Part shown: positions 36,401-51,074 of the stretch, in pieces
Layout of the letters: each line of letters opens with the position of its first letter
How positions within the stretch are numbered: position 1 is the first letter of the stretch
DNA from: Haliotis cracherodii
Lineage: Eukaryota
Direction: 5' to 3'
NCBI RefSeq assembly: GCF_022045235.1
Contig: NW_027266268.1
Span: forward strand, 38,130,001-38,194,000
DNA length: 64,000 nt
Made by a program: the position numbers and the translations under genes
Notes under the pieces: generated by a model
The model's database searches: none
Told to the model about the DNA's origin: nothing
Seen by the model: the letters and a program-made list of their open reading frames with translations, nothing else

Positions 36401-39400
36401 CTTTCTCAGTCAACGTCAGACGACATTAGAATTCACTGTTATACCTTGACCTAAACCTTATGGACAGACATGCAAATATTTCTATGGTCATAACGTTTCG
36501 TCATCACAAATGCCCTGTGTATCCAGGAATAAAGTTTTCCCTCAAGTTGACAAATCACACATTATTCCTCTTCAAGCAGAGTATATGATCGATTACCCCA
36601 CTTTGGAACTATCCTGAACATAACTATCAGTATAAATCAATGATTTATTTTTAAAACGACCATATGTCATTCTGGTCCCAGTGCCAGGTCAAATCCAAAC
36701 CTGGTTTATTTTTCAGTAAAACGAGTATTTCAGAATGCATTCTCCACCAACCCACATTTTGATATTAAATGTCAGATATCAGATATCGGTTCAAGTTTTA
36801 TGTCAGAACGTATAGCAGAATAAGGTTAAAACATTGTATTTCCCCGAAACATGAAGTGGAACATACTGAATATGATTGAATCACGAGGTTTGTACCTGGT
36901 ACGTTTGGGGGTAAAGAGTACGACTTTTACTAAACATTTCAAGGCTTCTTCGTGTTCGTGATTTGAGAGTATCCTTCTCCTTCGGGGTAGCTATAGAATT
37001 TGAATTTGGAATTTCATTTTGGGGAATACATAGCCACGTTCTTTGTTCCGAGCCAATTGTCAGTAATTCCTTAATTTAGATCATTAGCCAAAGCAAAACA
37101 GATTCAGTTCGTCCTATGTTAATTCATTCATTATCTTCCCAACCACAACACAGTGTCCACGTTTAATTTTGTAATGGACGCTACAAACCAACTGTGTTTT
37201 CCATGTCATTACATTAGGGTGTCGGTTTTTCCCTCAGCGTCTTTATCAACTCAAGGTTCTACTGGATACAACTTGTACTACAAAAACGTTGAGGACACAC
37301 GATTCTTTCATATTACTACATTTAATCTGTCAAAGCAAACTTTATGCAAGGTCTCTCACGTATGCCATGCATACCACACCCACATTTTCTATTCTCACTA
37401 CTCCATAACAGGTACTCCCAGCAATCACAATGCAAATTGTGTGCACTATATGTTATTATGATGGTTGTGATACATTTTTGCATGGTATTATATCTACAGG
37501 ATATGAATTGGTAGAAACTTCACGTACAAGCTTCACTGGTTGTCAAAATAAACATTTGTTTTAAACTATGTTGAGAACAACAATGAAGTATTGAGTAAAA
37601 TAATTATTCCTATGGAAGGTCGGATAAACAAGATACATTTTAAAATTCGTCTTCAATAATTCTTAATTTCATGAGCCATACGAGCTCTGAAGCTACCTGA
37701 CCAGGGTTACAACATTCAAGGCCTAAGTGAAGTGAAGTAGACATGTGGAGGACATTTCCAAATTTGACACACTGATAAGAATGATGTCCGACGCAATTCC
37801 CTATTTTGACTTGTACCATAAATTCCCGTATTTTTTTCAGGTGAACACTTTCAGGTGACTTGCCTTTGCATTGCTTTGTGACAGGTGCCACCGGTGGGAC
37901 AGGATACGCTCACCTTTTCGCGAACACCTGGTATCATCACTACTTGATGGTGATTCATAAACATATTCTCATGATATATTCGGAATCTAACAATCAGTTT
38001 TTGCAGAGATTACGTTTTAATGTGGAAAGGGTTTTGTATGGAATACTGTAAGGGACATTCTCGCGATCTCGCATTCTCGCGATCTCGACCTTTGGAAACG
38101 AGGTAAATATGCCAAAAACACGAGAATGCGAGATCGCGAGAACGCGAGATTTGGCCAAAATCTCGCGTTCTCGTGTTTTTGGTACATAGCCATTTTTGTC
38201 AAAAGTCGACAACGCGAGAATGCGACATTTGAACATGATGCAAAATCTCGCAATCTCGCAATCTCGACTTGTCAAATTAGGCCACAAAAACACGAAATCG
38301 CGAGAACGCGAGAATGCGACATTTCATTTTCTCGCGATCTCGCGTTCTCGTGTTCTCGCGTTTTAGACGCTGTCCGTGCGCATGCGTAATATCATAAGGT
38401 CAAGCGCATGCGCACGTTAGTAGTCCTATGGTCATGCTTCTTTCATGTTCTTCATTCTCCAAGTAGCATTTCGCAAACTTATGACTTGAGCTTGAAAATG
38501 CTATGTAATTTAAATACACAAAGTCTGAGTCATCTCCCGTTGTTACAGTTTCCTATGTACTTTATAATAAAACCCTCAACATGCTCAATATATTTTACAA
38601 AAGAAATTGTGTGCATGAATGTCCAATGATAGTGAAAATATTAATGTGTCTGAAAGCTGGAAACAAAACAATTACCGTCAGTGAGTGAGTAATATTGCTT
38701 AAAGTCGCATCAGCAGTACTACAGTTACAGAAATAATCACAGGCCAGTGAGTTTCTCCATGAGGCAATTTTATACACGGCTAGCATATTCATGAAAGGCA
38801 AAATTCTCATAGACCAATTTGTAATACAAAATTAACTTTCATATTTTCATATTGTAACCGGGGATTGTGATGGAAAATACAATTTCAAACATAGACTACG
38901 GGTGTGAGTGTTTATTGCCAGAGTAGATAATGACATCTTTTAATGTACAAAACAATACTGCATAGGTTTCATTCATTCGTTTCATATAAACATACGTCTA
39001 TATTCTGTACATGAACATGAACTTACTAATCAATGATATACAAAATCATTATATTAACCCTATAATGAACAAACAATTCATCAAGGGCGATAACTCGATC
39101 CCGACATCACTCATAAGATACAATATAAACCTGGTCCATGTTGTAAAACACACTTAACATTATAAATACAATTACCATTTTCTTGAAACTGCTGTATTTA
39201 TTCAGTAACTCACATATATTTGGCACGATACACTATTTACAATTCATATTTCGAGACACGACAAACATGTAAATTACCCATACCCAGTGGGTGACACTGG
39301 GATGTTTATCGTCTTCATGCAACCGCCTACAGAACGAAAATGAGATTCTATATAGAGCCAGCTGACGGTCACTTCCCTCTCACAATTAACGTCATCAAAC

Positions 39401-40364
39401 TCTCTGCGATATTAAAGTACATGATCACAATCAAATCATCCGAAATGAGGTCATGATTAATCGTATAATACACCCCGCTTCGTTCTTCAATGATTTTAGC
39501 GAGTAAACGTGTAGTCATCTATAGAGTAAGTGAGAGAGTTGGGTTTAACACCGCTTTAAACAGTATTCCAGTTACATCACAACGTGTCAGCTTAATATGA
39601 GAGGAAAGCCCGAAGTGATGCAGGTCTCAGACGTTTACCTCTTCGATGAAGCCCACGAGAACGGCGAACCGGGATTCGAACCCACAATCATAGGTTCCGG
39701 GCGTGCCCAACTGACGCAACTCTGCACAGAGAATCGCGGCGCCTCAGACGACTGGGCCACCCTAACGAGTGTTGATATATGTGATGTCAGACCGCTGTCA
39801 TATAGCTGGAATATTGCTGAGTGCGGCGTTAACAACAAACAAACAAACAAACAAAACTGAAAAATACCTTTAGGCATCCATGTTGGTTATTTGACTGTTA
39901 GTTGTTAGACAATATTTGTCAAATTCAGTCAGTTCACAGGCAAGAAACGGAGAGTGTTCTTGACTTTATAATGTTACCAGTCTACATAAAATTTCTGTAT
40001 AATCAAAAGACTTGGAACATTTGCATTCTGACATTGTCAAAAGTCACGTGATTTTGAGCAGCCATTTTGAAATAAACTTCATTAATTTGCAAAGCAGAAA
40101 TTTCGATGAACGTTGTGGTTCATCCCGTCGTTTTGATGTTTATTCATCATCCAACATCATTCTTCCAACTTTTTCAGTTTACAGACAGTAATAAGATGTT
40201 GGATACAATGGTTCGTGCGCACCTCAGTTCACGCCGCTGCACGCAAGTTTACCGTGAGTGAGTGGGTTTGGTTTTACGCCGCTTTTAGCAATATTCCACC
40301 AATATCACGGCGGGGGACACTAGAAATGGGCTTCAAACAATGTACCCATGTCGGGAATCGAAAC

Positions 40365-40905
40365 CGCGAGAACGCGAGAATGCGAGATCGCGACACTTGA
40401 CCAATGTCGCAATCTCGCGTTCTCGCGTTCTCGCGTTCTCGTGTTTTTGTGCTAATTGCTTATACAGTTATATGTAACTATTTTCAAAAACACGAGAACG
40501 CGAGATCGCGACACTTGACCAATGTCGCAATCTCGCGTTCTCGCGTTCTCGTGTTTTTGTGCTAATTGCCTATACAGTTATATGTAACTATTTTCAAAAA
40601 CACGAGAACGCGAGAACGCGAGATCGCGACACTTGACCAATGTCGCAATCTCGCGTTCTCGCGTTCTCGTGTTTTTGTGCTAATTGCCTATACAGTTATA
40701 TGTAACTATTTTCAAAAACACGAGGACGCGAGAACGCGAGATCGCGACACTTGACCAATGTCGCAATCTCGCGTTCTCGCGTTCTCGTGTTTTTGTGCTA
40801 ATTGCCTATACAGTTATATGTAACTATTTTCAAAAACACGAGAACGCGAGAACGCGAGATTGCGACATTGGTCAAGTGTCGCGATCTCGCGTTCTCGTGT
40901 TTTTG
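40365..40905. repeat. ~118-bp quasi-palindromic tandem repeat, ~4.5 copies
   Basis: Unit built from CGAGAACGCGAGA/TCTCGCGTTCTCG motifs that also fill the IS3EU TIRs. Confidence 0.85.
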
Positions 40906-41010
40906 TTCCTGTTTGCCTGTACAGTCATCTTGTGGCTCAGTCGTCTGAGTTGTCGCAATTCGTTGTGTAGAGTTGCGTCCCGTGGATGTGCCAGAAACCT
41001 ACAAAGGTAG

Positions 41011-43029
41011 GGGCATTGCCTAAAAGTCGGGCCGGGCCGGGCCGGGCCAAGGCGGGCCAAAGTGTTACTGGCTAATTACTTCATTATCGGCGATCATACC
41101 TACATATAATTGATGCAACATACAGACATGACATTAATGAACAATCACCAAAAAAAAAGTGCACCATAAATAAGTAATTCGGAGTAAATCACTTGAAAAC
41201 CAGAAAGTGGAGCTGTGTGCAAGCGTCGCTGATCTTGGTAACATGTAAAAGAGCAATCGTTAAACGAAATAAGATTTGAAACGTATCAAATACTTCTAGC
41301 TATCGTGATACAAATTTCCATCTGTGAGCATAGCGTTTATATTTATAGGAACGTAGTATATATAAGTAAATACCACTTTATGATGTCACTGATCGTCGTA
41401 TTTAAAGCAGACACGTTGGTTAAAGTAGACCAAGTAGACTCAACAGTCACACAAGTGTTCGGTCCGACTTGGCCCGGGCTGTCAAAATCAACTTTAAACT
41501 CACATATGTATCATCAAATGGATTCACATCTATAAACTAGTATAATATCTACCTAAATACCACTTTATAGTGTCTCAGATCGCTGTACTTAAAGAAAACA
41601 AGGGGCTCAAAGTGAAGCCCTTTTCCCTCTACATTCTCAACATAGTCTCTATCAGAAGTGTTTGGCTTGTGTTGGGTCCGACTTGGCCCGGGCGGTCAAA
41701 ATCAACTTTAAACATAAATATCTATCTTCATATGTGTTTACATCTATAGATTAGTGTTATATCTACCTATATACCACTTTATAATGTCACGGTACATCGT
41801 ATTTAAAGAAAACAAGGGGCTCAAAGTGAAGCATGTTTACTGTGTTTTCTTAAGAAAATCTATGTCAGAAGTGTTCGGTCCGACATCTATAGACTAGTGT
41901 TATATCTAAGTGAAGCCCTTTTCCCTCTACATTCTCAATATAGTCTCTATCAGAAGTGTTTTGCTTGTGATGGGTCCGACTTGGCCCGGATAATAGAAGC
42001 ACTAAGCAGGGTTGAGGGAGAGGTTTATCCTGAAATCCAAAGTGTCTCACCTTACCTTCTCCAAGCGTTACTCTGTAAGTATGATCCTTGAAAAAAAACA
42101 CGACGGAATAGGTAAAAGCAAGGGATTTTCCGACCAGACACAAACCATGAACAAAGGGCTTCACTTTAACGAGTATACTTCACTCCAACACATTTGGTGA
42201 TACATCTGTGAAGTTTAAGATGAATTTGACAGCCCGGGCGAAGTCGGACATGTGACAGAGATTTTCTTGAGAAGATCTTTAAATGCGAAAAACTGTGACC
42301 TTATAAAGTGGTATGTAGGTAGATATAACACTAATCTATAGATGTAAACACACTTGAAGATACATCTGTGTGTTTAAAGTTGATTTTGACCGCCCGGGCC
42401 AAGTCGGATCCAACACAAGCCAAACACTTCTGATAGAGATAATGTAGAGGGAAAAGGGCTTCACTTTTGAGCACCTTGTTTGCTAGTGCAATATGAGACA
42501 CTAAAGTGTAATATAGGTAGATATAATATTAGTCTATAGATGTTAAGTATATGTTGTAACTTTAGAAGCGCTTTGACACTTATTAACACGTGTCGTGTCA
42601 GTCCTATGACATTCGCGAATATCCACTTGCAGAAAACATCCTGTGTTGGTTTAACACGAATTAGTGCCAAACACGTTAATTAATGAAAGAAGAGTAGTCA
42701 AAACACTGTCATTTCGAATTCCTGCCCAGGACATCACACCCCTGCACGCTAAGGTCGGTAAGAAACCTTCTCATCAAAGTCAAGACACAGTCAAGACACT
42801 GACTTTTCGGTATGGACTCTCGGTATGTAGCTATAATTATCATTTTATTACATTGCTGAAGATGCATTTTGATACAAACTCAATTAAATGAGCAAAACTA
42901 TACGTTTCTGGACATTTGAGATCTGCCTAGATATGCACGTTTCGTTTTATTATTCTTCAATCCAGTTTTAGTATTACCCGCTGGCCCGGCCCGCCCCGAC
43001 TTTTCTTGGCCCGACTTTTAGGCAATCCC
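41011..43029. mobile_element. Non-autonomous TIR element inserted in a family-B SINE
   Basis: TIR GGG(C)ATTGCCTAAAAGTCGGGCC; flanks AAAGGTAG/AATGGTAG (7/8); internal inverted duplications. Confidence 0.6.
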
Positions 43030-43053
43030 AATGGTAGGTTTCCTCCCATTTAA

Positions 43054-46000
43054 AAGGGGCACTGATCTACAGCAATGCCCCGAGACTGGTTGTTGTCTTT
43101 GTTATTGTTTTCCCCCGTGAGTATCCGGATGATATAGCAGATGTCAAGACTAGTTCGCGACCTGTGCTGCGCCATTCGTAAGCGCATGTATCGCTTTTAT
43201 TAATAGTATTTCATTGTGGGTACATAGTTTAGACAAAATGTATAAAGTTTCACGAAGGCAATTTTTGCAACGCATAAATATTCAGTTATTTTACAAATTG
43301 ACTGAAAATCGGTCAATTTATGTTATTGTTATTACGAATTCCAAACATTTTTATGTTTTAATTTCATCACCCAGTGACTGAAAATGATAGGATTAAATTA
43401 AAGAAAACGAAATTCAAAGTATGTTTTTATAGTTTTGGCTTCTAATACTAGCGGGGCGGTCGGGTAGCCTAGTGGTTATTGCTGAAATAGTGCTAAAAGC
43501 GGGGTAAAATCAAACACACTCACTCACTCTAATACTAGGATAAATAGTCTATTTTTAAGACCTTTTGAACCTCTTAAAAGTTGTTAGTCAATCTGGACTT
43601 GGATTCAGTCAATTTCTATATTACTGATATATTTAGACATTTTATAAATTGCCTGAGTGAATCACATTTTACACATTGAGTGTAATATACATGTATACAC
43701 GCCTACAGGTACAAGAGGAACAAAAATGATTTTGTCCAATGCAACAGCAAATGAATGAAAACAAAATGCAAATATCATAGTAACGACCCACCGAAGTTTT
43801 ATGTATACATTTGGGCAGCTTCCTTGTTCGAGGAATGTATCCGTGAACATTCACAAATAGGAACAATATCCCTTACGTCTGCAGCTGTGCAAATAAATGT
43901 ATTCGACTTCACATGGTTCTGTTACATTCAAATGTTTTAAAATATATACATATAGCGTTTCTGGATATTATAACCCGTGTTCGTTTCTCAACTGATCACT
44001 AAGTTTGTTTCAGATGTTTCACAAAGGTGTCTAGTCTCATCGGTCAGCTGAGATAGCACGTGTGACAATTATGTTCATGATGTCCTTGGTGCTTTATAAA
44101 TATCCATGGAGTTAGAAAGCAATGAACAATCAATAAACGTATTATCGGCTAATCCTTTGAACCAAGTATGTTGTTTTTACATCGGCACTTCACGCCATGA
44201 TATGAGTGTATTCCGTCTGCTTTAGTAAACCTACACATGTAAACACTTTCAAACCCACTGTGCAAGATAACAGTGATTAATCAATGAACGTATTTTCTGT
44301 GGAACTTTTGATGGCGAGGAATGATCCGTTTACAAAAAAGTAAATGAACTGATCACTCCTCTTGCTGGGCTGCGACGTGAATATTACATAACATACATTT
44401 CACCTCACTTCAAACCTGGATTCAGATGAAATAATTACCCCAGACACAAGACACAACAGCCAAATGGGAACCGTTGTCAGGTAATCTGAGTAGTGCTACC
44501 ACTAACTATACCTGTAATAGGTTCATTAACTTAGCAAAGACACAGGTGTAGGGTTATGCCAGAAAACGTGGATAACAACAAGAGATAGCAATCGTATTAT
44601 CCGCGCAATCCAAAATCCGAAAATGCTTTCACTGCTGGGATACCATTTTTTAAACTATAAAAATAAACTGACGGCCAAAAGAAACGTTACCAACGATATT
44701 TCTATGATAAAATATGACCAACACAAATTGAAGCAGCAATAACAATTAACACGTCCCATTTTAATTCTGGAAACCCTAACGGCCAGAAACTCTACGGTCT
44801 TTTCCCAGTGTCGGTCAAAGGTATTTACAAAAATAAGCATGCTGTTTTAATGGGAACATACTAAGGAAGAAAAAATGAAAAAAAAGAGTTAAAAAACTCA
44901 ATATTTACACCATCTCGCCCATGGGCCAATTATTGTATTGTAGAAATTCATCATTCAGAACCGTAAAATTGCTAATTCAACAACAAAGTCCTTGACCTCC
45001 AACAGGGACATTTCTTGACAAGGGGTCATTCGTCCAGTATTCGATCAACAACATTGGTTACAACTTTAAGGTGACAACGGCCCAGACCGTTCAAAATGGG
45101 ATATGACCTCCATGAGCGGCAATGCATCTTCGAATGCGGCGTCGAACTGAGTAGACAAGCGTCCTCACATCGACCGCAGGTATCCGATTCCATTCCTCAC
45201 GGAGGGCAACGATCAACGCTTGTCTCGCGAAGGGAGGATGTTGACGTTTCCGAAGACGACGCCCCAGCTGGTCCGAGATGTTCTGTGGGTGACAGATCTG
45301 GTGATCGAGCTGGCCATGGCAGGACAGTCACGCTGTTGGCGTTGAGGAAGTCTCTAGTAATACGGGCTTTATGGGGTGTGGCGTTATCTTGTTGGAACAC
45401 CGTCCGTTGTTGACGCTGGATGAAAGGAAGAACCACTGGCCGTACGATATTGTCAATGTAGCGTTGTGCTGTCAGATTGCCTTCGATGATGAGAAGTTCC
45501 GTCTTGTCGTCCCCGCAAACGCCGCCCCAGACCATCACACTTCCGCCCCCGTAAGGTTCAACCTCCTGGACACAACAAGGAGCCGTACGTTCACCACGTC
45601 GTCGATAAACTCGCGTCCGCCCATCAAGTTTGAAGAGTTGGAACCTGCTCTCGTCACTTAACAGCACTCGCCGCCAATCCCTTTGTTGCCATCGCTGAGT
45701 TTGCCTGCACCACGTCAATCTGGCACGTCGATGTTGACGGGTCAAGGTCATGCCCTTGAAAGGGCGATAAGCCCGGAGACCATAATGTCGTAGTCGTCTG
45801 GTCACTGTTTGTCTGCTGACCGGATGTCCTAAGCTGTTGGCAGCTGATGACGTCACAGTAAGAAATCTGTTCCTCGGATGAAGTACTCGTAAAAAGCGGT
45901 CATCCTGCGGGGTCGTGACCTTTGGTCTGCCACTCCGTGGTCTGTCTGCGGTTCTGCCAGTCTGTCGGAGACGTGCGACCAGTCTGGAGCAGTTCATGTT

Positions 46001-46698
46001 AATGGCAACCGCTCTCTGTGTCGCTCCAGCATACATATGGCTCTCTCCCTCTGGACAGCGGTGGGGCGGTCGGGTAGCCTAGTGGTTGAAGCGTTCGCTC
46101 GTCACGCCGAAGACCCGGGTTCGATTCCAGACATGGGTACAATGTGTGAAGCCCATTTCTGGTGTCCCCCGCCGTGATATTGCTGGAATATTGCAAAAAG
46201 CGGCGTAAAACCAAACACACTCACTCACTCACTCACTCTGGACAGCGGTCAGTCTTGGCATGTTCGTTGGTGTTAATCATCGCAACCATTGATAGGGAAC
46301 AGATCCGTGCGTAATTTATACCCGGGATTGCACGATAATTTGGGAAAGAATGTTTTATAAAAATGCTGAAAAACACCAATATTTCCCAAAATCCGTAAAG
46401 CACGTGTGAAGAACGACAGAGAACATGAAGGCTGTATTCGTGAAATAACTATCTGGGGTATTTCCAAATAACGACATCCGATGAGCTTCCATCGTTGTTT
46501 TTGTGCGTTTGTTTAGGCTGACGAAATTAATTAACATGCGCCCTGTGTCTGAGATTCAGAGATTACAGGTAACCAATCAGTGTTCTTGAACACAGTAGTC
46601 CAGTCTCTTGTCACACTCAGTTGCGTCAGCGAGCAAATCGGCAGATAGTGAACCCCAGCTGGCAGTGTTAGACAGCCGAGAAGAAGATTAGTGCCCCT
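43054..46698. mobile_element. Kolobok-like element (TTAA target)
   Basis: TTAA-(A)AGGGGCACTGATCT ... AGATTAGTGCCCCT-TTAA; the interrupted SINE's 3' tail resumes after 46702. Confidence 0.6.
45100..46261 (-). pseudogene. Tc1-like transposase interrupted by a SINE
   Basis: Starts MPRLTAVQRERAICML at ATG 46261; HTH RSGRPKVTT, SDESRF, FQQDNATPH, WPARSPDLSP. Family-A SINE at 46063-46235 with 14-bp TSD CTCTGGACAGCGGT; frameshifts. Confidence 0.9.
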
Positions 46699-48649
46699 TT
46701 AAACCTACAAGCCGGGATATAACTGAAATATAAATACTGTTCAAAGCAGTGTTAAGCCAAACTCACTCACTTATTCAGAGCCATGCCGGTCCCCCAGGCT
46801 TGATATTGGGGGTACTTTTCCTGTATAAACATGCCTTTCATTTGGATGTTATGGCCGCAATAAATTAATAGTTACAGTTTGATTGATTTTTTAAAAACAT
46901 GGGAGACAGGAGACATTTAAATTTAACGTTTTATTTTGTTCTTATCGACCTACTTTAGGCATATGTGTACAATTGCTGTCGACGGATGCGATTCACATGC
47001 ATCATGTGTGTTCAGTAGGGCTACGTGTTGCTGAGTATTTTATCAGGTAAAGAAAGTAGAAACACTCATATTAACGATACTTCTATTTCTAGGAATTTGA
47101 GGGCATTAAAATAGTGTAAGGCAGGATGTTTTGTTGTCAGGCGGGCGCGGATGAACATCAATTTATTAAAGTAGCGAATAAGGTATCGTATAAAAACAAA
47201 CAAAAAAACCCATCGGACAATATCATTTTATCCGAATGCTACTATTTGGTCTGTGAGAATTTTCTTTTAATGAATATTCTAGCCGTGTATAAAATTGCCT
47301 CATTGAGAAACTCACTGGCTTGTGATTATTTCTGTAACTCACAGTGTAGCCGCGAATAGCTGCAATACTGCTGATGCGGCTTTAAGCAATACTACTCACT
47401 CACTCACTGACGGTGATAGTTAATGTTTTCACCATCATTGGACATTCATGCACACAATTTCTTTTGTAAAATATATTGAGCATGTTGAGGGTTTTATTAT
47501 AAAGTACATAGGAAACTGTAACAACGGGAGATGACTCAGACTTTGTGTATTTAAATTACATAGCATTTTCAAGCTCAAGTCATAAGTTTGCGAAATGCTA
47601 CTTGGAGAATGAAGAGCATGAAAGAAGCATGACAAAAGGACTACTAACGTGCGCATGGGCCTTGACCTTATGATATTACGCACGCGCACGGACAGCGTCT
47701 AAAACGCGAGAACACGAGAACGCGAGATCGCGAGAAAATGAAATGTCGCATTCTCGCGTTCTCGCGATTTCGTGTTTTTGTGGCCTAATTTGACAAGTCG
47801 AGATTGCGAGATTGCGAGATTTTGCATCATGTTCAAATGTCGCATTCTCGCGTTGTCGACTTTTGACAAAAATGGCTATGTACCAAAAACACGAGAATGC
47901 GAGATCGCGAGAACGCGAGATTTTGGCCAAATCTCGCGTTCTCGCGATCTCGCATTCTCGTGTTTTTGGCATATTTACCTCGTTTCCAAAGGTCGAGATC
48001 GCGAGAATGCGAGAACGCGAGAATGTCCCTTACAGTATTCCATAGTTTTGTCCATAAATGTTCGTAAGTGGAACATCATGTAAAGATGCCGTTTACAAAG
48101 GATCTCACAGTCCAACATTCGGGACCATGCGAGTCATTCAGGAACAACTTACAGAAAGGAAGCTCTATCTGCAACTGGACCGCTTTTTCTGAAATACCCA
48201 TACCAAATGCAGGTGCTGTGCATGGGCTGGTTTACATTCAAGCTCGAAATAGATTCACAAGTTGCGTAGTTTTGGGAAGATATATTATTTCATATATGTG
48301 ATAGATACCACCTGTCAACTACACGAGTGGCAGTGACTGGTTATATTTAGATTCACCCCCAACTGCCCTCACAGAAACAACGTTGTTTGTGTTTCTTTTA
48401 TGAACTTTATGAATTATCTTTTAGAATAGGTATATATATTTAAATAATACAGGTTGTTGTCAGTCCAGTTATATTTTTCAAAGAATACACCTTATACTTT
48501 ATATGCGTAAAACGTTTTTCATATGTCTTTTGTAACACGTCGACGATCACTCAATTTTTCAAAACATTTCATTAAAGAGTTAAAGTGAAAAAGTATCGAT
48601 GGTGTGAGAAGACCAGGGATTGATATTTTTCAGTTAACCAGAGTTCGAT

Positions 48650-49708
48650 AATGTGAGTACACCACAGATCGATAATATGAATGTGAGTAAACCACAGATC
48701 GATGGTGTGAGTACATCAAAGATCGATGGTGTGAGTACACCATAGATCAATGATATGAGTAAACCACAGATTGATGGTGTGAGTAAACCACAGATCGATG
48801 GTGTGAGTAAACCACAGATCGATGGTGTGAGTAAACCACAGATCGATGGTGTGAGTAAACCACAGATCGATGGTGTGAGTAAACCACAGATTGATGGTGT
48901 GAGTAAACCACAGATTGATGGTGTGAGTAAACCACAGATCGATGGTGTGAGTAAACCACAGATCGATGGTGTGAGTAAACCACAGATTGATGGTGTGAGT
49001 AAACCACAGATCGATGGTGTGAGTAAACCACAGATTGATGGTGTGAGTAAACCACAGATTGATGGTGTGAGTAAACCACAGATTGATGGTGTGAGTAAAC
49101 CACAGATTGATGGTGTGAGTAAACCACAGATTGATGGTGTGAGTAAACCACAGATTGATGGTGTGAGTAAACCACAGATCGATGGTGTGAGTAAACCACA
49201 GATTGATGGTGTGAGTAAACCACAGATCGATGGTGTGAGTAAACCACAGATCGATGGTGTGACTAAACCACAGATCGATGCTGTGAGTAAACCACAGATC
49301 GATGGTGTGAGTAAACCACGGATCGATGATGTGAGTAAACCACAGATCAATGCTTTGACTAAACTACAGATCGATAACGTGAGTACACCACAGATCGATA
49401 ATGTGAGTACACCACAGATCGATAATGTGAGTAAACCACAGATTGATGCTGTGAGTAAACCACAGATCGATAATGTGAGTAAACCACAGATCGATGGCGT
49501 GAGTACACCACAGATCGATAATGTGAGTAAACCACAGATATCGATGCTGTGAGTAAACCACAGATCGATGCTGTGAGTAAACCACAGATTGATGGTGTGA
49601 GTAAACCACAGATTGATGGAGTGAGTAAACCACAGATAGATCGATGGTGTGAGTAAACCACAGATTGATGGTGTGAGTAAACCACAGATCGATGGTGTGA
49701 GTAAACCA
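48650..49708. repeat. 24-bp minisatellite, ~44 copies
   Basis: Unit GATGGTGTGAGTAAACCACAGATC. Confidence 0.95.
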
Positions 49709-49958
49709 CTACAGTGCATAGAGAATGCGGATAATACTTTCGCCTTCGTACAGTGCATAAAGGGGCGACAATGGTACAGGGAATCCCCTTCCTCGGTGAT
49801 ATTCGATTTTCATGTTTACGTTCATAATTCTTCACTTCAAGGAACTGAATAAAATACTGAATAAACTCTCTGTTTAATACAAACTGACTTGATAATTTCC
49901 TTCATGTTTGGTCTCCAATGGCCATGAAGAGAAACGTGCGTTAAACCCAACTCACTCA

Positions 49959-50052
49959 CTATGCTATGCTATGCTATGCTATGCTATGCTATGCTATGCT
50001 ATGCTATGCTATGCTATGCTATGCTATGCTATGCTATGCTATGCTATGCTAT
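49959..50052. repeat. (ATGCT)n microsatellite
   Basis: About 18 perfect units. Confidence 0.95.
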
Positions 50053-50574
50053 ACAGTAAAATCAGATTTACGCTGACACAGTGACATGTTCCAGTTCCCT
50101 GTGGGCCCCTCTGCTTCCATTAAACATGACCTAACAAATGTTGCATTTGGGATTACCCTTCCTTAAGTAGTAAAGTACAATTTCTAGTACTTTTAGGCAT
50201 GAGTCCCACCTCGGATTCGAACCCACACTCTCAGAGTGAAGCACCAAAACGCCAGCACACAAAAGTCAGCGATCTAACCCACTGAGCTGGGACTCACCTA
50301 AAAAGGTACTACAATCTGTACTTTACTAAGGAAGCGCTATCCCAAATATAACATTTGTTACATTTGACCACTTTCTAAATGGCATTGTGTTGTCATAATC
50401 ATGACCTCGCGCTCAAAGCGTGTTGAGTTGCCTCCCGTCCCTGGTATTTCCTAATCATGTCTGACAGCAGTTGGTTGTGAAGGGTTTGTTTAGACGGGAA
50501 TATCTCAGTTGTCACTCTCTGTGCAGCAGTCATCTGTCGTACAGTTAGCTCACGGTGTCACGTTCAAAACTGTT

Positions 50575-51033
50575 GGGGCCATTACACCAAACGGCGATCG
50601 CTCTGCGCTCCTTCTGCGTCCTCAAATTTGACTAGAGCGCAGTGGGGTCGCCATACTCAAGAAAACTAAATATGTTACTTTTGTCAATGTCACTGCGTTC
50701 CCTGAACGACCTAGGCGTTCACTGTGCGATATATCTGCGCTCCCTCTGCGTCTCCTCTGCGTTCCCTCTACGTTCCCTCTGCCTCCCCTCTGCCTCCTTA
50801 TTGCAACTAACTACCGCGCTGCCACCCCTCTACGACCAATGGCGATCGCTCAACGACCTTTCAGTGATGCCTCTGCCTCCTTTCTGCCTCCGTTCTGCCT
50901 CCCTTGAGCGACATACATCGACGGCGATCTCACTGCGACTGTTTTAAGCAGGTTCAAAACTTTACCGCCGACCTGGCAAAACTTAAGAAACGCAGAACGG
51001 TTGCAGAAAGGTCGCCGTCCGGTGTAATGGGGG
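50575..51033. mobile_element. PIF/Harbinger-like MITE
   Basis: GGGGCCATTACACC..ACGGCGA / TCGCCGT..GGTGTAATGGGG termini; related element at ~60527-60870. Confidence 0.5.
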
Positions 51034-51074
51034 TATAAGTATTCGATGTGTGAACAGAGCCACGCTCATCAAGG

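Larger units (their letters stand above)
38037..48044. mobile_element. IS3EU-type non-autonomous DNA transposon (10 kb) with nested insertions
   Basis: Termini TATGGAATACTG...CAGTATTCCATA; ~780-bp TIRs (38037-38818 and 47245-48044); 6-bp TSD GTTTTG (38031-36, 48045-50). TAY..RTA termini with a 6-bp TSD match the IS3EU description. Confidence 0.75.

Noticed and set aside
48634-49758. Repetitive ORFs (SICGLLTP)n / (SKPQIDGV)n
   Set aside because: A 24-bp satellite open in several frames on both strands; no gene context.
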